Below, one piece after another: positions 1 through 10,300 of a stretch of DNA of 64,000 bases. Each line of letters opens with the position of its first letter. Position 1 is the stretch's first letter. The notes below the pieces were generated by a model that saw nothing but the letters and a program-made list of their open reading frames with translations, ran no database searches and was not told the origin of the DNA. Origin of the DNA: Burkholderiaceae bacterium (GTDB taxonomy: Bacteria; Pseudomonadota; Gammaproteobacteria; Burkholderiales; Burkholderiaceae_C); the NCBI GenBank assembly GCA_032122355.1, contig JAUMCS010000060.1, forward strand, positions 9,312-73,311, written 5' to 3'. The translations under genes and the position numbers were made by a program.

Positions 1-637
1 AATTATAAGGCAATGCCGAAAGCGCAACAAAAGGTGACTCCTTATTGAAGTACTCCAATTTAGCCAGAGCATCCTTATCCGACGTAAATAACAAAGCTTT
101 GACACGTTCTGCATCATTTAAGTCACGAGTAAGGTAGTATTTTAGCTTGTAGGTGTCAAACTGTTGTTGAGTGATGTTTTTTTCATAGTAGTCTTCTACT
201 GCCTGCTGAGAGATCATATCCAGCAACTCCTGACGCTTTAATCGCAAGAACAAACCCGACAGCAAATCACGCTCTGCCGCACGCAAAGCATCTCTAGACT
301 CTATAGGGTATAAAGACCTTGCCGCATTAGCGACCAATACCTTATTAATGGTTCTATCAACAGCAATAGCACGATCGACACCAGATTCGAGCAAGAGCTT
401 GATGTCAGAACCCGTTATTTTTTCATCATTAACTACAGCAAGCGTATCGCTCAAGCTCATCTCACTAGCGGAAATTTTAACGGCAGACCCTTCAGATATT
501 GACCCCACTGCTTTTATAGCCCAATAGGCGATCAGACACAAAACAAAAATAAATAACACACCAAAAATCATCCATTTCTTAGGAAGCTGCTGGAGAATCA
601 CTTTCGCACCATTCTGAATTATCGAGAGCGTTTTCAT
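1..637 (-). CDS. membrane-anchored SurA-N/parvulin-like peptidyl-prolyl isomerase or chaperone, partial (C-terminus beyond window edge)
   Basis: Absent from the ORF track because there is no stop in the window. Manual reverse translation from the ATG at 637-635 stays open for 212 codons to position 1: MKTLSIIQNGAKVILQQLPKKWMIFGVLFIFVLCLIAYWAIK...LAVVNDEKITGSDIKLLLE... It has an N-terminal TM helix followed by a segment resembling SurA_N/PpiD-type domains. Same strand and AT-rich composition as the upstream genes. Confidence 0.45.
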   Translation of the reverse strand, partial: MKTLSIIQNGAKVILQQLPKKWMIFGVLFIFVLCLIAYWAIKAVGSISEGSAVKISASEMSLSDTLAVVNDEKITGSDIKLLLESGVDRAIAVDRTINKVLVANAARSLYPIESRDALRAAERDLLSGLFLRLKRQELLDMISQQAVEDYYEKNITQQQFDTYKLKYYLTRDLNDAERVKALLFTSDKDALAKLEYFNKESPFVALSALPYN

Positions 638-668
638 AGATGATAAAATTATTTATGAATAATCTATA

Positions 669-1154
669 TTAATTATTAAGGGTTTTAACTTCACGCTGAA
701 ATGGCTGAATCACAGCATACAGCGCATTTTCTTTATCGCATTTCCCAACACAAACCGATGGAGCACCCCACATCAAATTTTTGCCACCATAGTGCTGGGC
801 AGCCATTAAGGCCAAAAACCAACGCTCATACAGATCAGGTGTTTTTCCGCTCAAAACCAACGTGTCAGCACCAGGCTCTATGCTGACCCCAGGGTGCATA
901 ATTTTCAATGTGTTGGCAATTTCAATGATTTTTTCGCCTGCAAGTGGCTTCTTGGTTATTTCAAGTCGGTTCTGTGGGGTGTTAATGTAGGTTTGAGATT
1001 CTTCGATTTGATCCCGAGCTTTCATATATTTCTTCACCGAAAAAGACAACATAAAAGATGCCGCGACCAAACCCAAAATAATTGCCACACCTAAAATTTG
1101 TAGGTTTAGCACATTCCGGAGGACATCCCACTGGTTGGATAAGCCAATTCTCAT
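669..1154 (-). CDS. hypothetical bitopic membrane protein (possible GspM/PilO-like assembly component)
   Basis: 161-aa ORF with a short N-terminal tail, one TM helix (ILGVAIILGLVAASFMLSF) and a periplasmic domain of about 110 aa. It sits downstream of the ATPase/platform genes. The functional call rests on topology and position only. Confidence 0.35.
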   Translation of the reverse strand: MRIGLSNQWDVLRNVLNLQILGVAIILGLVAASFMLSFSVKKYMKARDQIEESQTYINTPQNRLEITKKPLAGEKIIEIANTLKIMHPGVSIEPGADTLVLSGKTPDLYERWFLALMAAQHYGGKNLMWGAPSVCVGKCDKENALYAVIQPFQREVKTLNN

Positions 1155-1180
1155 ATCACGTTCCTCACATAGTTTTGCTT

Positions 1181-2089
1181 TTACTGATCAAATACGACAT
1201 AACTCTTTGCAGTTACAACCACGCCCTGGTCACCCATGACTGACCGGTAGTTCCCTCCAAAAGGCTCAAGATAATCCTTTGAAATCCATTCAGGCAGCAC
1301 AATTTCAAAACTTTCTTTGCCGTCGATGACTGCGTATTGATTGATCCACCCGCCAGCCTTAATCGTGTTTGACGATATGTACTGCATTCGGTATAAAACT
1401 AGCGATAAAGCGGAAACACCATCTAAAGATGAAATTATTTTTGCGTAGTTGCGTAAATCATCCTCTTTCGCCGTCTTGAATTGAGAACGATCATACTTCG
1501 ACTGATTCATATCCCCCAAGAATGAGAATATCACAGATAGCAATAGGATTATAACAAGTATAATGCCGCCAACAATCGTTAAGATCTTAGAAACCCTGTT
1601 GGTTAATTTTAAGACTTCAGACTTGAAGGAAGAAAATCTCCATATTCCAGTTATTGAATCATCAACCTTATAAACAGGAACATCCAAATCATTGACATAA
1701 TTCTCAATCAAATAAGATTCATTTGCAATGTACCTAATAACTCCATTCTTCACCTCGACCATGGCAGAAATTGGCGCACCCTCTTGCAAGTAACAACCAT
1801 CCCCTCTAAAATTAGGATGCCCTGGCAGCGATAACGATAACGGGAAAGCCATGTCTTCCGCCGCACCTAATTCAGTTGAAGGTACAGCTAAATAGTGAAC
1901 AACCAAACGCTCTTGATCATAGGAAGTAATAACGTGAACATTTTCTGTACCCAAAAGATCCAGCAGCGCAAAAGTGACGACTGAACTTGCATCTTTTCTA
2001 TCAGATGGTAAGGTGCCGGCGACTATGGATGTATAGATTCTCTCAGTTTTTTTGTTAGGATTCATTAGAAAACCATTAGTTGTTGACAC
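1181..2089 (-). CDS. hypothetical bitopic membrane protein (possible GspL/PilM-PilN-like component)
   Basis: 302-aa ORF with a cytoplasmic N-domain of about 165 aa, one central TM helix (ILTIVGGIILVIILLLSVIFSFLG) and a periplasmic C-domain of about 110 aa. It overlaps the platform gene by 14 nt, suggesting translational coupling. The function is inferred from topology and context. Confidence 0.35.
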   Translation of the reverse strand: MSTTNGFLMNPNKKTERIYTSIVAGTLPSDRKDASSVVTFALLDLLGTENVHVITSYDQERLVVHYLAVPSTELGAAEDMAFPLSLSLPGHPNFRGDGCYLQEGAPISAMVEVKNGVIRYIANESYLIENYVNDLDVPVYKVDDSITGIWRFSSFKSEVLKLTNRVSKILTIVGGIILVIILLLSVIFSFLGDMNQSKYDRSQFKTAKEDDLRNYAKIISSLDGVSALSLVLYRMQYISSNTIKAGGWINQYAVIDGKESFEIVLPEWISKDYLEPFGGNYRSVMGDQGVVVTAKSYVVFDQ

Positions 2090-3317
2090 CTTGCAATAGG
2101 TATTTATTTTGAATATAAACCACCCAAAGAACGAGTAAAACGGTAATGCCAGTGTAAATCAGAGAAGAAATAAATCCAAAAATAGCGAATATCTTGGATG
2201 CAGACGTACTCAGCTCTTCTCGGGCATGTGCTATATTTTCAAACACACCACACAACTGCTCTTGTGTGGCATGGGAAGCAATTAGTAAGCTCTCGGAGGG
2301 AAGAAAAAGTTTTGAAGATAGTGCAGCTATGACATCAGAACCCGACTCTAATTTCAGTTTTACTTTTACCCAAATGGAAGCCACTTGCGGCATCTGGGCT
2401 GAACGACTGGCAATATCAAGCGTATCTATGAATGAGACCCCACCCCTCATCATGCGTGCAGATACACCTGCCGATGAGGCTATAGATGCATGAAAAAGTG
2501 CACGCCCAAGGCCTGGAATACGACCGATAATTTGCGCGGATGTGTTCTTGATATGTGGCGAAGCATTTTGAAAACCCAGAAAAAGCAATATACCGACAAC
2601 TAGCAGCAGAATAGCTGTGAACGCGAGCACATCACAAGCCAAAGTGGATACATGTATGGCTTGCAAAAACTCTAATTTATGTTCTTCCTTTTTGATATCA
2701 CTCGCTTGTTTCATCAGCATAGGCAGAAATTGAATACGTAGCCCTAAGATTGACACAATCGCAAAAATCATATCGATAAAGGTCCAGGATACAGCTCCAA
2801 TTAACGCCTTAAAAGATTTATTACTACTTTGGATATGGGCAATAGTTGCTCTAATTGAATCACGCACACCTCCGCTTGATTCGCCAGACTCTAACATTGC
2901 CAATGAGGTTGAATCAAATAATTTTAATGCTTTTATAGCTTCTGTGAAAGAAGCACCTGAACTCAAAAGCTCGAGCGCTTTGGTTGATTTAATAGGTAGT
3001 TTGCTGGGCAAATCCTCCAAAACTTTGTTTAAAGCTTTTCCCGGCGTCATACCTCCCTCTACGCAAAATAAAATCGCTTGCAAAATTCGAGCGCCAAGCT
3101 CCTGATTCTGAGGTTTTACAAAATACAATTGGAAAGAAGATACTTGACTGATGGCAATAACAATACCTCCTTGGGATGCGATAGAATTGACAACCTGCTG
3201 CTTATTGTCAGCAGACATTAGAAGTCGAACCTTTTGATAATCGCTCATTGAAATACTAGATTCCATCAACATACCATCTGCACTTGGCTTTAAAAAGGTT
3301 ACTCGGAAAGTTCTCAT
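2076..3317 (-). CDS. type II secretion / type IV pilus platform protein, GspF/PilC family
   Basis: 413 aa. It has the duplicated soluble-domain plus TM-segment organisation typical of T2SS-F proteins and lies directly downstream of the GspE-type ATPase. Confidence 0.7.
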   Translation of the reverse strand: MRTFRVTFLKPSADGMLMESSISMSDYQKVRLLMSADNKQQVVNSIASQGGIVIAISQVSSFQLYFVKPQNQELGARILQAILFCVEGGMTPGKALNKVLEDLPSKLPIKSTKALELLSSGASFTEAIKALKLFDSTSLAMLESGESSGGVRDSIRATIAHIQSSNKSFKALIGAVSWTFIDMIFAIVSILGLRIQFLPMLMKQASDIKKEEHKLEFLQAIHVSTLACDVLAFTAILLLVVGILLFLGFQNASPHIKNTSAQIIGRIPGLGRALFHASIASSAGVSARMMRGGVSFIDTLDIASRSAQMPQVASIWVKVKLKLESGSDVIAALSSKLFLPSESLLIASHATQEQLCGVFENIAHAREELSTSASKIFAIFGFISSLIYTGITVLLVLWVVYIQNKYLLQGVNN

Positions 3318-3325
3318 AGGGTAAT

Positions 3326-5086
3326 TTAGACTCTGAGCATTTCTTTTGCAAGTATATGATCTATCGCTCCAACTTGTAATAAGTTCTTGATAGAATCAGT
3401 TCTGGTTGTATATGCCATACCTGAATATTGATTGATAATATCTAGTAATGAATAAGTTCCGCTAGCTAGTTTAATAGAGACTTCAGATTTTGTTTGATCA
3501 TCAATATCAACCATTAAGGTCTCAGCCACTAGTACTCGCCCCATGGTTCCTTCGTCATTACATTTTTGACAACCATTGCGTACCATGATACCGGCATTAC
3601 TTTCTAAAGAAATGCCAATATCTGCGAGCTCCGTCTGCATAACACTAAAATCCGAAATGGTCGCTGGTGTGGCACAACTACATAGCTTTTTCATTAATCT
3701 TTGGTTGAATAACAGTCGTAAGGTATGACCCAAAGTGACTAATGCCTCACGCCTACCGTCTCCTTCAAAGAAGGATATAAAGCGATCATAAGTTTGCATA
3801 ACAGATGAAGCGTGAATAGTAGCCATCACCATATGCCCACTCTCCATAAATTTCAATGCGGCATGAGCCGTATCGGCATCCCGAATTTCACCCAAAATAA
3901 TAACATCAGGATCTTGCCGCAACAATGAACGCTCAGTTCCACGAGATGTTTCATGGAAAATCTGATTGATTTGAATTTGCCGCGCAAAGGGTAATTTGTA
4001 CTCTACAGGATCTTCCACCGTCACAACGTTCAAGGCATCTCTGGGCAAATTCTGAGCGATCGCATATAAGGATGTCGTTTTACCTGAACCTGTGGGCCCA
4101 GAGAATAGCACCAAGCTACCTGTTTTAGCCCGCACAGATGTTAAAAGCTTAACAAAGGACCTAACCCGAAGGTCGGCAAAAAACAGTTTCTCAAATGATG
4201 GTAGGGCCAATGGATCCAGCACCCGAATAGCAATGGTTTCTCCATCTGCCAAAGGCTGACTTGCAACCCGCAAGTCTATTTGTCTATTGGCATACTCAAA
4301 ACTTAAACGTCCATCTTGTGCGTCTCGGTTGTTCGAAGCATCAAGGCCCGCATCGATTTTAATTCGAGCAAAAATGGCCGACATTATTCTAGTGTCGACC
4401 AAATGTGCCTGCACCAAAACACCGTCAATGCGGTACGAAATCCAAGAATCGGGGTCTGCTTTTTTATCCAAGTGAATATCAGAGGCTCTCTTCTTCATAG
4501 CCTCTGTGAATATGGCATAAATAACCATGGATAGCTGCTGGGGAGTTATCGTACTCATACGAATTTCGTCAAGCAGCATATACAAAACAGCTGTAATCTT
4601 TTTAAGTCGTTCAATTTCAGCATTTACCTGCTGCAAGGATGCCAATTTTATAATGAGATAATTTACTTTATATATGCAACTTTCCAATATTTTTCTTTTT
4701 TCATTTGCATTTTGCGGCCTCGATGTCATAACCGTTAGTGCATCATCAGTCACAGATAATGGTACCAATTTATAGTACTGGCATATGCTTATAGGTAATA
4801 GTAGTGTGTCTTCTTCTTTTTTAAATGATATAGGCTTAGTTTGCGCATCAACCCCTTCGACTGAGCTCGTTATAAACTTATCCTGTAGCAATATTTCCTT
4901 AACACTAATATTTCTACCTAGGTTACTTAGAGCAATCCTTTTTTTAACAGCTATGTCAATCTGATGCTTACTTACTAATCCATCTTTAAGATATGCTCCA
5001 AACACCTTGTCGGTAATAGCGGTGCCTTGACTATTGCTTGTCAAGCCACCATCACCGGAACCTTGGTTTTGCTCAAGTTTACTCAT
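3326..5086 (-). CDS. type II secretion / type IV pilus assembly ATPase, GspE/PilB family
   Basis: 586 aa. Walker A motif GPTGSGKTT, Asp box/Walker B (DPDVIILGEIRD), His box, a tetracysteine motif (CSC...CQKC), and an N-terminal T2SSE_N-like segment (LLLPISICQYYKLVPLSVTDDALTVMTSRP). Confidence 0.9.
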   Translation of the reverse strand: MSKLEQNQGSGDGGLTSNSQGTAITDKVFGAYLKDGLVSKHQIDIAVKKRIALSNLGRNISVKEILLQDKFITSSVEGVDAQTKPISFKKEEDTLLLPISICQYYKLVPLSVTDDALTVMTSRPQNANEKRKILESCIYKVNYLIIKLASLQQVNAEIERLKKITAVLYMLLDEIRMSTITPQQLSMVIYAIFTEAMKKRASDIHLDKKADPDSWISYRIDGVLVQAHLVDTRIMSAIFARIKIDAGLDASNNRDAQDGRLSFEYANRQIDLRVASQPLADGETIAIRVLDPLALPSFEKLFFADLRVRSFVKLLTSVRAKTGSLVLFSGPTGSGKTTSLYAIAQNLPRDALNVVTVEDPVEYKLPFARQIQINQIFHETSRGTERSLLRQDPDVIILGEIRDADTAHAALKFMESGHMVMATIHASSVMQTYDRFISFFEGDGRREALVTLGHTLRLLFNQRLMKKLCSCATPATISDFSVMQTELADIGISLESNAGIMVRNGCQKCNDEGTMGRVLVAETLMVDIDDQTKSEVSIKLASGTYSLLDIINQYSGMAYTTRTDSIKNLLQVGAIDHILAKEMLRV

Positions 5087-5104
5087 GCCAGTATATTTAG
5101 GATA

Positions 5105-5857
5105 TTATTTGGATGCTGCACCAGTCGCAGTGTTAACAGCTGACTGTCGCACACCTCCATCCAAACCACCACCGGGCCCCTCCAATTTGCGTTCAGCAAT
5201 GGTCGTGCTTATAAAATTGGTATCGATGCTGGCTTTATATATAATACGTGTTGATTTATTTGATCCGTTCTCATCTGCAGAATTCGGCAACCAATATAGT
5301 GCGACTGAATCTGGCTGTACCCGTGCAATGACGCGGTAACCAGCAAAGTAATCAATGACTTCACCATCCCTAATAATGTAACTTAAATTCTTCTGCTGCC
5401 CTAAGCCACCTGGCGCACCAGCGGACTGACTAGCACCAGTAATCGTTGACTGCCCCCCTTGTCCAACTGACGTTTGCGTGCGTAGCATCGCCACTTTATC
5501 TAGAATAGCAGTCACAAATAATCCATTGACACTTTGCGTAAGTGCCTCGGGTATTGTCATAGCTTCCTGCTCCGGTTTGAGCGGATCACCAATCATAGGC
5601 AAATTACCACTTGATGAATTTAAAGCACCCGGAAGAGGACTTTTAGAAACTGATCCAGTTTGCTCATGGGCTCTCTCGCTTCTGCTACCAGCCACACTGG
5701 ATTGCTCAGAAACATATGATTTAGGGGGCCGTATCAAAGGGTTATTTATAATGGGCTGAGCATACAATACTTTCATTGCACCCATGAAACCCATCAACAA
5801 CGTGAGCCGAATGCAAAATTTTCTCAATATATATATTAATTTTCGGCTTTCCCCCAT
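5105..5857 (-). CDS. secreted/periplasmic protein of the secretion cluster (possible PilP/GspC-like secretin partner)
   Basis: The track ORF is 5105..5887. The ATG at 5857 (MGESRKLIY...) lies 1 nt after the secretin stop and is the likelier start. It has a hydrophobic signal/anchor (LTLLMGFMGAMKVLYAQP), a Ser/Gly/Gln-rich linker and a beta-rich C-domain (LSYIIRDGEVIDYFAGYRVIARVQPDSVALYWLP). Confidence 0.4.
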   Translation of the reverse strand: MGESRKLIYILRKFCIRLTLLMGFMGAMKVLYAQPIINNPLIRPPKSYVSEQSSVAGSRSERAHEQTGSVSKSPLPGALNSSSGNLPMIGDPLKPEQEAMTIPEALTQSVNGLFVTAILDKVAMLRTQTSVGQGGQSTITGASQSAGAPGGLGQQKNLSYIIRDGEVIDYFAGYRVIARVQPDSVALYWLPNSADENGSNKSTRIIYKASIDTNFISTTIAERKLEGPGGGLDGGVRQSAVNTATGAASK

Positions 5858-5858
5858 A

Positions 5859-7343
5859 TTAATCCTTAGATATATTTTGATTGTCACTATATTCTTTTAT
5901 CATCGATGGACGCACGAGCTCAGCCGGCAACAACGTATCAGTTTTACCTACATCATTCACCCCGTTGCTTGAAAAGTGAAGTATCCTCGGCCGTAATGCA
6001 ATGACCAATTCGGATCGATTATTGCTTTCGTTCTTGGAACTCTGACCTATAGAGTTAATCACATCTCCATTATCCCGCCTTGCACTAATGCCGCCTAGTA
6101 TTACCACATCCCCCGCCCTGGCTCTCATGATTGAATTGACGTTTCTTTCTGCTACCGTCGGTAAGGTAATCGTAGTTGTTCCTGCTGTTTTATCTTCAAT
6201 CTTCACTAGGTCAGATAAACTGAGTGAAATCTTGGTGTAGATACTCCCCTCGTGTACCTCTCCGAACAAAGCCAGATCAAATCCAGTTTTAACCTGACTG
6301 GTTTCTACCGTCGTTAACGAACCCGAGACACCACCAAGAACGGTACCAACTTTGCTCACAATCGTAGTGTTTTCACCAACACGTAAACTACCCTTAGTGC
6401 CAGAGAGCAAGGCCATGCGCGGCTGAGAAATGAGCCTTGCCGTGCCCTGCGAATTCAAAAAAGCAACAAAAGTATTCAGATTAAATTTATCGCCCGATAT
6501 TACTATATTTCCCACTTCATTGCTTGCCCCAGAAACCAAGAACTGTGCTGGCCTTTGCGATGCTTGCCAAATCAACGAATCCCACCTTATGCCATTCGAC
6601 TTCGATTCACTGAGGGTTACTTGATATACATGAATTTCATACAATAAAATAGATCTAGTTTTTCTCAAATAGGCCAAATACTGCTCAATGTTTTTTGCAC
6701 CATTACGGTTTGTTTTGTAGCTCACTGTTCTATTAAGCCTATCCAGATAAATATCACTGGCTCCGAGATACTGCATAGTGTTGGTTAGTCCGGCAGTGGT
6801 GTCCTCTGCTAGGGCTGGCGGCAGCTCCAGCACAAATGTCTCCTCAGGCACGATAGTTAGCAAATTGTTTCGGTAAGTGTAGAAAAAACCTATAGACTCA
6901 GAGATACGGTCGATTAACTGCGGTAATGTTCCTGTAAGTTTGACCGTCACTATATGTGCGTACTTATCCGCCAACTTAGGATTTCCATCCACCATCAGAC
7001 CTATCGAATAAGGCGCCAACATAATCCGTAAGGCATCCATATAACCTGCGTAACTCATGCTAATTGTCATGATCCTTCCATCGTCAGGAAGAGGATCAGA
7101 TGTCCGCATAGAACGCACAGAAAATGAACGTGACTCCTGCAAAGATTCAATTTGAATCTCAGAATCTTTGAATTCATCTCCTAGAGTTGATAATCTTTCA
7201 GGCCCTTCCGGATATTCAACACCCTGATTAGGCCGCAAGTAAGACTGGCAACCCGATAAGATAAGAATTGAACAAATGACTGATACAAGATAGAAAAAAT
7301 TTCTCACGCTTGCATCAGATTGTTTTAATTTAGTTCTATTCAA
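5859..7343 (-). CDS. secretin-family outer-membrane channel, lipoprotein type (T4bP/T2SS-like)
   Basis: 494 aa with a TTG start. Lipobox LILSGC at the N-terminus. The C-terminal secretin-domain pattern is ISQPRMALLSGTKGSLRVGENT...TLPTVAERNVNSIMRARAGDVVILGGI...SELVIALRPRIL. Confidence 0.85.
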   Translation of the reverse strand: MNRTKLKQSDASVRNFFYLVSVICSILILSGCQSYLRPNQGVEYPEGPERLSTLGDEFKDSEIQIESLQESRSFSVRSMRTSDPLPDDGRIMTISMSYAGYMDALRIMLAPYSIGLMVDGNPKLADKYAHIVTVKLTGTLPQLIDRISESIGFFYTYRNNLLTIVPEETFVLELPPALAEDTTAGLTNTMQYLGASDIYLDRLNRTVSYKTNRNGAKNIEQYLAYLRKTRSILLYEIHVYQVTLSESKSNGIRWDSLIWQASQRPAQFLVSGASNEVGNIVISGDKFNLNTFVAFLNSQGTARLISQPRMALLSGTKGSLRVGENTTIVSKVGTVLGGVSGSLTTVETSQVKTGFDLALFGEVHEGSIYTKISLSLSDLVKIEDKTAGTTTITLPTVAERNVNSIMRARAGDVVILGGISARRDNGDVINSIGQSSKNESNNRSELVIALRPRILHFSSNGVNDVGKTDTLLPAELVRPSMIKEYSDNQNISKD

Positions 7344-7344
7344 C

Positions 7345-10300
7345 TTACTTTCCTCTGATCTCGTCTCTATTTTTTTGATTAACTAGAGAAGTTTTCAGTT
7401 TAAAACGAATTGCATCACTTACCACTCCATAATTACCCGCATGGTCTACAACTCTAGCACTCAATGTTTTATCCCCATCTATACCCCAGTCTTTTCTACT
7501 CACAAGAAAATCCACGTACTGGTTGATGACATCAGTTGCTTCTATGCGTTTAGACTTCTCAATCGCAAAAGGGACACCATTCAGGAGCAGCTCAACCCTG
7601 TCTGCATATGATAATTCATTTTCACCCATAACTACCCTAATTGTCTTAGGAGTTGTCGCCTCGGCTAAGTTCATCCACCCATCAACCAAATCGCTACTTC
7701 CCCATTCCTTCACCATCGGCTTGTCAGGTACACTTGTTACCCGGGTAAACCTTATTGAACTTCTATCCGCACTAACATTACCTGCTTTGTCTGTAATCAC
7801 AGCTGTGATAATCTTCTCTCCATCAAAACCGAAGTCTTTCCCATCTACTACAAATTCAACAAACCCCCTTGTTAGATCAAGGGAACTGACATTTTTTGAT
7901 TGCGCATATGATAAACCATTTATTAATAAATCTACCCTGTCAGCCTCTTGAATTTTAGTGGCACCCATCATGTTAGGCAAATGAACTCTGATGGTCTGTT
8001 TTTTTTGTGCCTCCTGAGCATTAAGCCATCCATCGGCCAAATCTAATGTGGCTGTTTGCGATAATAAAGCAGCCCCAGGCGGTTCAGTATCAAACTCAAA
8101 TGTAATTGGTTTGCTCTTTGGCCCCTTGTTGCCCGACTGACTAATCACCTGCGCCGTCACCGACTTCAATCCGTCATTTCTCAATTCTGATGCGTTGAGT
8201 GAAAATTCAACGCGGCCTGTTCTTTGCGCGTTAATGTCAACAAGTTTGCTTTTATGACTCTCAAATGATGAACCGTTCAATAGCAATTCAATCGTATCAC
8301 CGACCTGAATTGATTCCTTTGCTACATCGGGTAGAACGACCTCTATACTTAATCCCTTACTGATTTCATTAGCGTTGACGTAGCCATCCGCTGTAAAGCT
8401 ATTGTCTTTTTCTACCAATGTTGGCATTGCAGGTACTAACCCAGAAACTGCAAAATTTAGTGCATCGCTGAATTTACCCACATTGCCTGCTTTGTCTATC
8501 AAGCGAACTTTTAATTCTTTGGGCCCATCTGCCCCCCACTCAGCTCCCTGCAAAACCATATCATAGTATCCCCTTGATAAGTCATCTGCATTCAAGGTCA
8601 TCTGCTTTGAGAGCCCCAGCATCTCTCCATTTAACCAGGCCTCTATACGACCACTCTCTGCTGCCACATTCCTCAAGCGCGATAATTCAATTCTGATATT
8701 TGTAGTTTTCCTCAGTTCAGCTGCATTCAACCAACCATCCGCCAAATGGTTAGTTCCGAACTCTATCAAACCCGGAGCATCGGGCATTTTTCGTACTAGT
8801 TTAAATAAAAATTCACCGTATGCGAGACCCACATTACCAGCACGATCAATAAAACGAGCAGTGATATTTTTATCTCCATCAGCATCCAAATCTGCACCCG
8901 AGAGTGAGAATTGAATACGTTTAGATTCGATTTCTTCTTTAGAAAGTGATTTAACTTTAGGAATTGAAAAAGGAAAGCCATTTAAAAGGAGCTCAACTTG
9001 ATCCCCTGGCACAAATTCATTACTGCCAGGTAGTAAAACCACCTTCACCCCTTTTAGCCGGCTTGACTGATCTCGATTCATGAAGCCGCTTAAAGGTGGC
9101 AAATCCATAAGCTCTAATGACACCGATGCCACAGGTGCCTTACGTTTCAAATTAAACGTAATCTTGTTTCCGAAGGGGCCTTTGTTACCTGCTCGGTCAA
9201 TCATGCGAAGGGTAAGAATCTTACGTCCATCTTCCCCGAGATTGGTCACATTCAGCGGTATATCAATATATTCTTTATCCGCATCAACTTGCTCTATAGT
9301 CTTTGAAAGAAGCAACGCATCATTGAGCAGCATCTCAATCTGATCACCCACTTTGACATCGTCATTTTTAGGTAAAACCACCCTCAAAGTTTTCGATTGC
9401 AGGGCTTCTTGAGCATTTAACCAACCATCCTCCAGATCAGGTGCCCCAACTTGCTTGAGTTGCAGTTCTGGTGGGAGTTTGGAGTCATAGAAAAAACTCA
9501 TGGGCACACGGGTAACATTGCCGTTTCCTGCAGGATCTTCGATTTTAGCTGTGATTTCCTTTGGCCCATCCTCTCCGAGATCGGAGGTTGCCAAACTGAA
9601 ATCGACGAAGCTGCTTAGCTTGTCTTTTTCATTCACAATCTTTGAACACGCGACACCACATAAACGCCCATTGATGAATAACTCCACTTTACTTCCGCTC
9701 ACCAATTCCGGCGATGCACGATCCATAGAAATGCGGAATTTATGTTGGCTTTTAGCTTCCTGCACATTTAACCAGCCATCACTGAGGTAAGACCCTCCGA
9801 CTTGTTCTATTTTTAATTCAGCAGGTGATTTTCTGTTCAGAATAAATTTTATCTCATTAGAGAATGCACCCACGTTTCCAGCTCTGTCGATCAATCTGGC
9901 GCTCAGCGATTTAATCCCATCATCACCCCACTCAACAGGATCAACTTGAAATTCAACATATTGATTTCGGACATCCAGAGCATCAATTTTCCTCTTTTTA
10001 CTTTGATGGAACCCCGCATGATTCACGAATAATTGGACTTCATCACCTATTTCAACAGAAATCTGACGCAGATCGACTCTCATCTTAAAAGACTCTATCG
10101 CCGCTTTTGCACTCAAATATCCGTTAACTATCGCTCCCGTCCGACTTTCTTTCAAACTGGGCGCAATTGGCTTATTTGTTTGCAATCTAAACTCGATGGA
10201 CCTACTTTCTCGACCGATATTTCCTGCTTTGTCTATGATTCGGCTAGCTATTGTCTTGAAGCCATCTCGCCCCAAATCTTTGGAACCGATCGAAAAATCA

